A stretch of DNA of 63,991 nucleotides, the filler included, from an uncultured Methanoregulaceae archaeon (lineage in GTDB: Archaea > Halobacteriota > Methanomicrobia > Methanomicrobiales > Methanospirillaceae): NCBI GenBank assembly GCA_964530035.1. It is 6 parts of 6 records of this genome, joined end to end, with 100 filler letters (N's around TTAATTAATTAA, not from the genome) between each part and the next. Parts side by side here need not be neighbours in the genome. Positions count along the whole stretch, not along the records: positions 55,918 to 63,991 come from CAZGXZ010000121.1; 5 more parts are not named here. One strand, 5' to 3'. Shown piece after piece: positions 56,456 to 63,991 of the stretch. The translations under genes and the position numbers were made by a program. The stretch's first letter is position 1. Every line of letters starts with the position of its first letter. The notes beneath the pieces are model-generated. The model saw nothing but the letters and a program-made list of their open reading frames with translations. It searched no databases and was not told the DNA's origin.

Positions 56456-58294
56456 TCAGGGCGAACGATTTCCGGAAGTGGCGTACCGAAACACCTCCCT
56501 GGGCACGGAGATAACAAACCGTACCCCCTTGCCCGGCTCACCCTCCTCGGTGATGGTTATTCCCGTGATGAACAGGATCTCCCGGGAGAGGAACATGCCA
56601 AGGCCGGTATGTCTGCCAAACCCCTTCGTGAACAGATGGGACTTGTCTTCGCGGCTGATGCCCTCTCCATCGTCTTCGTAGATAATGTGAAACTTCTTCC
56701 CTTCCTGCTGTCCCGTGATGCGGAGGGATGTCAACTTCGGACCACCGTAGTGCAGGGAGTTGTCAATGAGGTTATAGAAGACCTTCTCAAGCATGGGATC
56801 GGCATATATTTCGATGGGTGGGAGGTCAATGCTGTACTGGAGCCCATGCAGGTCGAACGATGGCGCAACACTGCCTGCAACCATCCCCACGTCCTGCCAT
56901 AAAGGAGACGTCACGCCGAGTTCTTCATAGTCTTTTGTAAAACTGATCTGCTCGTTGATGGTATCCGCGATCATCTCCTCTTTCTTAAGAATTTCACGGA
57001 GAAGCTCGGGGTTTCCGATGGACTCTTCACTCAGGGCGATGTAGGCCTGGAGTGCCTGCAGCTGGTTCTTGATATCATGCCGGGTTATGCCGGTGAGGAG
57101 GTTCATCTTCCGGTTTGCCATCCTTAAGGCCTCCTCTCCTTTCTTGTTTTCAGTGATATCCTCGTAAGTCCCGAGGACTCCGATGATTTCACCCTTGCTG
57201 TTCCGCAGGGGGACCTTGCTGGTCCTGAGCCAGGAGGTGCTCCCATCAGGGCGGATCTGCGGTTCTTCGAAATTGATCTTGGGGATGCCGGTCTCGATGA
57301 CCTCCCGGTCATCCTCCCGGAATTTCTCTGCAACCGCGGCGGATGCATGGTCATAATCGGTTTTACCAACCAGATATGCAGGGTCAGCATACCCGACATC
57401 GTTGGCAAGGGGCTTGTTGCACCCGAGAAAAATTGAATTCGTGTCCTTCCAGAAGACCCGCTGGGGGATGGAATCAAGGACCAGGCGGAGCATCTGCCGG
57501 GACAGGAAAATTTCCTCCTGATCCTGTATCTGTCTTGTGATATTGCGGAATACGACCATGGTGGCCGGCCTGCCACCATACTGTGTCATAGTCGCCATGA
57601 CTTCAACATCAGGTGCAGAACCATCGAGGCTCAGAAATTTCTCCCGATTGGGGGGGAGCGTGATGTTAGGAGCTTTTTCGACCTCCTTCATCCTCTCGGC
57701 CACGATCCCGTGGTACTCCGGGTGGACAAACTCAATCGGAGACCTGCCAATGATATCCCCTGCATCGGTGCCGCCTAACATCCGGACGGCGGAATCGTTC
57801 GCGATCAGGATCCTGTCATCCTGGTAAACGACGATCGCGTCAAAGGACTGCGAGAGGAGCCTTTGAAACCGTTCGTTGCTCACGCGGAGGTCCTCATCCG
57901 CCTGTTTGAGTTCCGTGATATCGGTGAGACTCACCAGAAGACAGGACCGGTTGTTGACAACAACGGGATTTTCTGAGGTGAGGATCGACAGCGTTTCTCC
58001 GTTCTTTCGTACCAGGACCGTTTCAGAAGAGCCACCCCTGTCGCCATGATCATGTGCCGGGGGATTCCTGGTTTTATCAGGGCAGACGAACGTAAGGCAG
58101 CCTTTTCCGATAACATCCCCCGGTTCAGCCCCGATCATGCGAAGGGCACTCTGGTTTGCATCTATTATGGTCCGGGTCGCCGGGTCGACCAGGAACAGAC
58201 CTGTCTGCTGGTTTTGAAAGATAGTGTAAAAACCGTCTTCGCTCTCACAGAGTACTTCCCTGTTACCCGGCGAGTCCGCTGACGGTGCCTGCAT
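56456..58294 (-). CDS. Cytoplasmic triple-PAS sensor histidine kinase
   Basis: Three PAS/PAC; H-box ITRHDIKNQL; YNLIDNS, DDGEGI, GLGMFL; start uncertain (58294 or 58354). Confidence 0.92.
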   Translation of the reverse strand: MQAPSADSPGNREVLCESEDGFYTIFQNQQTGLFLVDPATRTIIDANQSALRMIGAEPGDVIGKGCLTFVCPDKTRNPPAHDHGDRGGSSETVLVRKNGETLSILTSENPVVVNNRSCLLVSLTDITELKQADEDLRVSNERFQRLLSQSFDAIVVYQDDRILIANDSAVRMLGGTDAGDIIGRSPIEFVHPEYHGIVAERMKEVEKAPNITLPPNREKFLSLDGSAPDVEVMATMTQYGGRPATMVVFRNITRQIQDQEEIFLSRQMLRLVLDSIPQRVFWKDTNSIFLGCNKPLANDVGYADPAYLVGKTDYDHASAAVAEKFREDDREVIETGIPKINFEEPQIRPDGSTSWLRTSKVPLRNSKGEIIGVLGTYEDITENKKGEEALRMANRKMNLLTGITRHDIKNQLQALQAYIALSEESIGNPELLREILKKEEMIADTINEQISFTKDYEELGVTSPLWQDVGMVAGSVAPSFDLHGLQYSIDLPPIEIYADPMLEKVFYNLIDNSLHYGGPKLTSLRITGQQEGKKFHIIYEDDGEGISREDKSHLFTKGFGRHTGLGMFLSREILFITGITITEEGEPGKGVRFVISVPREVFRYATSGNRSP

Positions 58295-58523
58295 CCTTAC
58301 CCCCTGCCTTCTTAAGACTTCCCATAGATCTGGTGGGTGATATAGGTTTCTCATAACCCGGGCGCCTGATTCAGAACCCCCAATGAGAACGTGCGGCAAT
58401 CACGAAGTGATCCCCGTTTTACCCCCCTGGCAGGACCATGGAAAATCCCCCGGGCCCGACACGCTCCTCTCCCAACCCCCCGACGGCAAACCTTGATGGG
58501 GCTCTCCCTGCAACCAGAATAGT

Positions 58524-60194
58524 ATGTCGCCTTCCCGTCTTGCCTTCGTCCTGGTGCTCGCAGCTGCCCTCGTTTTCCTATCCGGCTGTGTCCAGGAGCA
58601 GAACGACCCGAAAACCGTGGAGATGAAACTGGTTGCCGGCGACCTCAAGACCTCCATCAACACCGGCCTCGGGGAAATCAAAGGAGGCCTCGGGAACACC
58701 TCCCGGGTCCTTTCGACAAGCGGCCTTTCCGGGGACCGGGCTGAACAAGCCCTGTCCGATAACCTCATGAAGCACCCGTGGGCGGTTTCCTCGCTCGTCG
58801 TCTCCCGGAACGGGACGGTCGCCGCCGCGGTCCCCAGGCAGCATGCCGGTTCGGTCGGAGCCGACCTCAGCCGGGACCCCCACTTCCTTGCTACCACTGA
58901 GAAAAAGTCGCCCCTTGTCAGCCCGGTCTTCCGGCTCGTCGAGGGCTTCAACGGGGTTGTCCAGAGTTACCCCGTCCTGTCGCCCTCGGGGGAGTACCTC
59001 GGCTATGTCGACATCACCTATGCCCCGGAGGTCTTTCTCAGGCAGTTTATCGAACCAGCAATGAACGGGACATCCTACGAGATCTGGGTAGCGCAGTCGG
59101 AAGGCACCCAGCTCTATGACGTAACCGGTGAAGAGATCGGCAGGAACATCCTCACTGACCCGCTCTATGCAGACCCGGTCCTCCACCAGGTCCTGGCCCG
59201 GATTGCCAGGGAGCCCTCGGGCACCGGGTCGTACACCTTCTATGACCGGGACTGGAACCGGAACATCACCAAGCTCGCGGTGTGGGACACGGCCGGGATC
59301 GACGGAGCGGAGTGGCGGGTCGTGGTGACCCGCGAGGACACCGGTACCCGAATGGCGGACGTGAGGACCCTCCAGGCTGGTACCGCACCAGCGGCATCCC
59401 GGACCGGAAACCTCATCCGGTTCGTACAGGAGGCACAGCAGTTCGCGAAGGACCACGGAAAGGCGGCTGCCCTTGCCGAGTTCAACAACCCTGAAGGGAG
59501 ATTCATCGACAAGGACCTGTATATATTCGCGTACGAGATGAACGGGACGGTCATTGCCCTCCCGTACCAGAAGGGCGTGCTCGGGACCGACCGGTCTGCG
59601 GTCACCGACCCGAACGGCGTCGCCTTCGTCGCCGGGCTCGCCGAGGTCGCCCGGGAAGGCGGGGGATATCTCTACTATATCTACCAGAACCCGGCTGACA
59701 ACTACCGCGAGGAGTTCAAGATCTCGTACGTCCTGCCGGTGGAGGACGGCTGGTTCCTGGGATCAGGGGTGTACCTTCCTGAGCTGCAGGCCAGGTTCAA
59801 TGTCACGGAGCGGGAAGGACTCGTGGAGCGGGTGAAGCAGGCCAGGCGGTATGCCGAGGCAAACGGCCAGGAAAAATCGGTTGCCGCATTCAACGACCGG
59901 AACGGAGTGTTCGCGAACGGCAGCCGGTACATCTTCGCGTACGATTTCAACGGGACCACGCTGGCCATGCCGTTCCAGCCGGAGACTATCGGCACAAACC
60001 GGATGAACTTCACCGACGACCACGGTGTCAGGATCGCGGCCTGGGAGGTAGCGACGGCAAAGCGGGGCGGAGGGTTTGTGTACGTGGATTATTACAACCC
60101 GGACACCGGGACGAACGGGATGAAGCTGTGCTACGTCGTACCGGTTGATGACCACTGGCTTGTGGGGTCGGGGATATACGCCGGACGGACGTGA
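58524..60194 (+). CDS. Lipoprotein with a double-Cache and two single-Cache domains
   Basis: Lipobox-like FLSGC; YIFAYEMNGT..LPYQ and YIFAYDFNGT..MPFQP, KISYVLPV..WFLGSG and KLCYVVPV..WLVGSG. Confidence 0.87.
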   Translation: MSPSRLAFVLVLAAALVFLSGCVQEQNDPKTVEMKLVAGDLKTSINTGLGEIKGGLGNTSRVLSTSGLSGDRAEQALSDNLMKHPWAVSSLVVSRNGTVAAAVPRQHAGSVGADLSRDPHFLATTEKKSPLVSPVFRLVEGFNGVVQSYPVLSPSGEYLGYVDITYAPEVFLRQFIEPAMNGTSYEIWVAQSEGTQLYDVTGEEIGRNILTDPLYADPVLHQVLARIAREPSGTGSYTFYDRDWNRNITKLAVWDTAGIDGAEWRVVVTREDTGTRMADVRTLQAGTAPAASRTGNLIRFVQEAQQFAKDHGKAAALAEFNNPEGRFIDKDLYIFAYEMNGTVIALPYQKGVLGTDRSAVTDPNGVAFVAGLAEVAREGGGYLYYIYQNPADNYREEFKISYVLPVEDGWFLGSGVYLPELQARFNVTEREGLVERVKQARRYAEANGQEKSVAAFNDRNGVFANGSRYIFAYDFNGTTLAMPFQPETIGTNRMNFTDDHGVRIAAWEVATAKRGGGFVYVDYYNPDTGTNGMKLCYVVPVDDHWLVGSGIYAGRT

Positions 60195-60213
60195 GCGGGT
60201 CCGGGACCAAGGG

Positions 60214-60510
60214 GTGTGGAATGACAGGGATTCCTTCCATCCCTCGGAAGGGATTTATACCGTGGAACGGTTTTATTGTCTATCCCTAACCGGACCTCGC
60301 TTTTCGGTGGGTTCTCACAGTTTGGGAGGGACAACCTTGGGAGATTATACATCGTCGTCTGGACCAGACACGCACATGACGCTGGATGATGCAAGAGAAA
60401 AGGCCAGGGACCAATGTAATGGTTTCATGAAAGAGTCCCGGGAGGGCTACACCACGTACTTCATCGAGGAGGCCACGGGAAGGATTGTTGGCGAATACTA
60501 CGAACGGTGA
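60214..60510 (+). CDS. Small hypothetical protein (start uncertain)
   Basis: Open frame ending ...YTTYFIEEATGRIVGEYYER; convergent with the next gene. Confidence 0.35.
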   Translation: MWNDRDSFHPSEGIYTVERFYCLSLTGPRFSVGSHSLGGTTLGDYTSSSGPDTHMTLDDAREKARDQCNGFMKESREGYTTYFIEEATGRIVGEYYER

Positions 60511-60546
60511 ACAACGAGGGCATTGTGTCAGGGACCCTTCGACAGA

Positions 60547-60882
60547 CTATCCCCGGTTTTTATCTTCCCCCTGATTCTCATTGGTTTGCTGAATTTCAGC
60601 GAGGTACTCACTCAGTCGGTTATAGTATTCCCCGAGGAGCATGAACTGCACCTCTGCCGAACCGCTGCAGGTGCACCTCGGGACCCCCATGCTCCTGACC
60701 TCCTCCGGATAGCTGCATTCCGGTCCGTAGATCTCATCTATAAGAGTCCAGACCCGGGAGCACCACCCGACAAAGTCGTAATATTCAAGTACCTTCCTGG
60801 TCCGGAGCATCTCTTCGGTTTCTTCGAGTTTTTCGCCCAGGAGACGGACAGCAGTTTCGGGAGGGACTTTTAGTGATGGCAC
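60547..60882 (-). CDS. Hypothetical protein
   Basis: 111-aa helical acidic ORF, GTG start. Confidence 0.55.
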   Translation of the reverse strand: MPSLKVPPETAVRLLGEKLEETEEMLRTRKVLEYYDFVGWCSRVWTLIDEIYGPECSYPEEVRSMGVPRCTCSGSAEVQFMLLGEYYNRLSEYLAEIQQTNENQGEDKNRG

Positions 60883-61145
60883 AGGGATAGTACTTGAATC
60901 AAATCATGGATAAAGGTTATTTAGTTAACTATCCGGGTGAGGCCGGCCAGGTTGCGGGCGGGTACCGGTTCCCGTGTAGTGTTGTCAGGGAACGAAGGGA
61001 CGAGACTTCATGCCCGGAAAGGAAGTTTCCCGGGCTCTCCTGAATGGTACCATCATATGACAACCCTTTTCATCATGAGCCGGCACCTTTCCTTATACCC
61101 TGCCATGGGAAGGCCGGCACGGTATTCCGAAGTAATGAGGTTGTC

Positions 61146-62558
61146 ATGAACTGGAAGGTTGCATGTTTTTTCATCATCCTGGGGATCTGTACCGCCGGAT
61201 GTGTTTCATCGTCCCTCAAGACTGAAAACGGGCAGCAGGCCGTCGGCACCGGGGTATCCCCGTCTTTGAACGCTTCGGATGCCGCGGTATCCCGGAACCT
61301 CGACGCTTACATGACGGCTCTCACTGATGCCGGGAGGTTCAGCGGGACGGTCCTCGTTGCACGGGATGACACCGTTCTCCTCTCGAAAGGGTATGGCATG
61401 GCGAACCAGGAGTTCTCCGTCCCGAACACCGTTGAAACCGTCTTCCCCATCGGGTCGAACACGAAACAGCTGACCGCCGCTGCCATCATGAAGCTCCAGG
61501 AGCAGGGACGGCTGAACATCAGCGACCCGGTCACCTGGTACCTGCCCAACGCAACGGGGTGGAAGGAGATACGGGTCCACCAGCTGATGAACCACACCTC
61601 CGGGATACCCACAGACGGGGGTTTCCTCGCAACCGACCCTGAGGACCTGTCGCTTCAGGAAATTATCCCGAAAATTTCCGCCCTTCCGCTCACATTCAGG
61701 CCTGGGACGGACTATTCCTACTCCAACAACGGGTATATCGCCCTGAGTGCCGTTGTTGAACAGGCATCTGGGATGCCGTACGAGGAGTACCTGAAGGAGA
61801 ACATCTTCCTGCCGCTCGGGATGAACAACACCGGGCAGGACAACGCCCGGGAGGTGTTCACCAACCGTTCGTCAGGGTATACCATGGTGAACGGGAAATA
61901 CATCCACTACGACCTTCAGAACATTCACAATACCTGGGGTGCCGGCGCCATCCACTCGACCTCAAAAGACATGTTCCGGTGGGTACGGGCCCTTCACACA
62001 CCCGGGGCCGTCCTTTCGTCGGAATCAGCCCGTGCAATGTTTGACAGCCGGTACGGGATAGAGAAGCTCGAGGTGGCCAACCAGACGGTCACGTACCACA
62101 GCGGTCGCAACTTCGGGTTCATCTCGCACACGCAATATTTCTCAGACGGAAACGTAACCCTGGTTTTCCTGTCGAACTATGACCGGACCCCGATGGGCTC
62201 CCTCCCGGCAGCCCTGTCGGCGGTTGTCTATGACAAGCCGTACTCCCTCCCGCAGAAGCTTGATAGAAAGGCCATCAACCTGACCCCGGAGCAGATCAGG
62301 GAGTACTCCGGGATATATGAACCCCCCTGGGAAAAATCATGGACCTTCACCGTGTATCCCAGGGGCAACCGGCTTTTCTATGACTCGGTCGTACCGAAAG
62401 AGACCGTCGAGCTCTTTTACGAGGGAAAAGACACCTTTTTCGTGACCCCCCAATCAAACGACGCAATCTTTTTTGCGCGAGATGCCAATGGAAAGGTCAC
62501 AGGAATGGACATGTACACCCTTGAGGGCATGGTTGACCATATCAGGAAGGCTGCCTGA
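61146..62558 (+). CDS. Serine hydrolase (beta-lactamase/AmpC-like) lipoprotein with DUF3471-like C-terminal domain
   Basis: TAGC lipobox-like; FPIGSNTK (SxxK), HTSG, YSN, HSG; C-terminal EYSGIY domain. Confidence 0.92.
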   Translation: MNWKVACFFIILGICTAGCVSSSLKTENGQQAVGTGVSPSLNASDAAVSRNLDAYMTALTDAGRFSGTVLVARDDTVLLSKGYGMANQEFSVPNTVETVFPIGSNTKQLTAAAIMKLQEQGRLNISDPVTWYLPNATGWKEIRVHQLMNHTSGIPTDGGFLATDPEDLSLQEIIPKISALPLTFRPGTDYSYSNNGYIALSAVVEQASGMPYEEYLKENIFLPLGMNNTGQDNAREVFTNRSSGYTMVNGKYIHYDLQNIHNTWGAGAIHSTSKDMFRWVRALHTPGAVLSSESARAMFDSRYGIEKLEVANQTVTYHSGRNFGFISHTQYFSDGNVTLVFLSNYDRTPMGSLPAALSAVVYDKPYSLPQKLDRKAINLTPEQIREYSGIYEPPWEKSWTFTVYPRGNRLFYDSVVPKETVELFYEGKDTFFVTPQSNDAIFFARDANGKVTGMDMYTLEGMVDHIRKAA

Positions 62559-63114
62559 GGACCGGGTGTCACCACCGGGAAGAACCTCCTCTTTTTCAAT
62601 ACCCGTCCAGGCATTGTGAACCGGGTTCCGTCAGGCAGATGTGCAGGTATCGGAATTTCAGTATTGATACGTAACAGTCCTATGGATCTCTATCGGGTTA
62701 AACCTCCCTTTATCAGGACCTCTGATCACAGACTGTGGAAATCACCACGAAACTGCGTTTCCTTTAATGAGAGCAGACCTGGTTTCAACGTACGGGGAAA
62801 AATCTGCAATTAAGATTGAACAGCATTCCCCTGCAATCTCTCAATCCCTGCTCATGAGGTATCCCGGGATTTTTTCTATGAATTTCCTTCGACCAGGGAT
62901 ATTCCCATGAATACAACGTATTATTCCCTCACAACGCACTATAATAAACTAGATATGAATAACCGGGCCTTTTGTTCGCCGTTAACAGGCTGAATACAAT
63001 CAAAAGGCGCTCATCACGTGGCTTATCTGCCATGGCGGTGGCCATGCACAGGAAGATGACTTTTCAGATCCAAGTATTCGACAGATTCCATCCATTTGTA
63101 TCGGGACTATCATC

Positions 63115-63309
63115 ATGATAAAAAATGACACAAAATCTACGATTTTCGGGATGAGATCCGGCAACACCATCCAGTATACCTGCCCCAATTGTTTAAAGGA
63201 GAATACCATTACCTTCAACATGCCACAGGCTTTTTACAAGGAGTCCAGGAATGTAACCTGCAGCAAGTGCAGGAGTCCGCACATCATCCTGACCCCCGGG
63301 CGGTACTAG
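63115..63309 (+). CDS. Small zinc-ribbon protein
   Basis: 64 aa with CPNC and CSKC. Confidence 0.65.
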   Translation: MIKNDTKSTIFGMRSGNTIQYTCPNCLKENTITFNMPQAFYKESRNVTCSKCRSPHIILTPGRY

Positions 63310-63578
63310 AGTCTCCGGCCGCTCCAACGTTGGTATTTTATCAGACCATTGGCCCTTTTTAGATTCCCTTGTTCTGCGTCTGATGAAATCTATCTTTGCA
63401 TTCCTTCATTCTATGGCAATTACCGGTTTTTAGAAACAGGAAGATTGTATAGGACCATTACCAATCAACTCCATGGTATCCTGAAAAGCATAGGGCAGGA
63501 AGGAAGAAACAGACGGGTCCCGTTTACTCACAAACGCTCCTTTGTTGAGTGCATCTCTGTCCTTTCAATTATGGAGGC

Positions 63579-63991
63579 TCATGCCGTTTTTTCCCGACCC
63601 TCCATGAGATCGTTCCTGACCTTTCTTGACAGAACTGCCCCGGCAATGGTACCGATGGTTGAGTAGAGGGGATTGACCGGGACATCCGTGTAATACCTGG
63701 CATTGGAGGATAACCATCCCTTTTCTTTCCAGTACTGGTAATCGCAGGGTGATTCCTTTTCCATATTTGAGAAGGCCGCCCGTTGGGCATGGAAAATGAA
63801 TACCTTCCTTATCCCGGGACTCACCTGGGTCGTTCCTCCCAGGGCGGCTGCAAACCCGGAAGCGGTCTGACCGATTATTTTTTTGTTTATTTCCGACCTG
63901 CGGGGCGATATCCCTGATGGCGGTGTAATCAGGGCGGCTTTGCCGGCAACCTCGCATCCCCAGACCGATGCGACCATGTCCAGGTACCGGA
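63579..63991 (-). CDS. Probable flavodoxin/NAD(P)H-dependent oxidoreductase family protein, C-terminal part (5' end outside window)
   Basis: C-terminal DYQYWKEKGWL...YYTDVPVNP tail typical of this family. Confidence 0.6.
   Translation of the reverse strand, partial: RYLDMVASVWGCEVAGKAALITPPSGISPRRSEINKKIIGQTASGFAAALGGTTQVSPGIRKVFIFHAQRAAFSNMEKESPCDYQYWKEKGWLSSNARYYTDVPVNPLYSTIGTIAGAVLSRKVRNDLMEGREKTA

Overview
This window is archaeal DNA, most likely from a Methanomicrobiales methanogen (Methanoregulaceae/Methanolinea-like; inferred from gene content and protein style). It is not one locus. Six assembly contigs are joined by 100-nt N...TTAATTAATTAA...N spacers, and the complete ones are sorted by decreasing length, so adjacency across spacers means nothing. 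Contig 1 (1-11260) holds the conserved archaeal operon tRNA-Ser, rps13-rps4-rps11-rpoD-rpl18e-rpl13-rps9-rpoN, tRNA-Pro, rpoK-eno-rps2-MEMO1-mvk-ipk-fni-RNase J-GGPP synthase. Contig 2 has a tandem TMEM175-like pair, a GNAT, a HerA-like ATPase, a decayed IS1634, a membrane-anchored protein with a phage Mtd/C-type-lectin-like domain and a PP2C sensor phosphatase. Contig 3 has a VTC/DUF4956 operon, a Cache lipoprotein and a PKD/Ig/zinc-ribbon membrane protein. It ends with the most notable feature: a contractile tail sheath plus putative tube pair with its own candidate TATA promoter and no capsid or head-tail genes upstream, a candidate archaeal contractile injection system or tailocin cut off by the contig end. 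Contig 4 is a sulfur-transfer/cofactor cluster (Cys desulfurase, nadA, larE, TtuA-like, ThiS-like, frameshifted aminotransferase, thiE, thiM). Contig 5 has an ABC permease, an ErcA-like Fe-ADH coupled to an ErcS-like kinase lacking the H-box His, a clostripain and a PEGA-like repeat surface protein. Contig 6 has an IS66-like end, a PAS kinase, a Cache lipoprotein and a serine hydrolase. All family calls come from motif recognition by eye; no searches were run.
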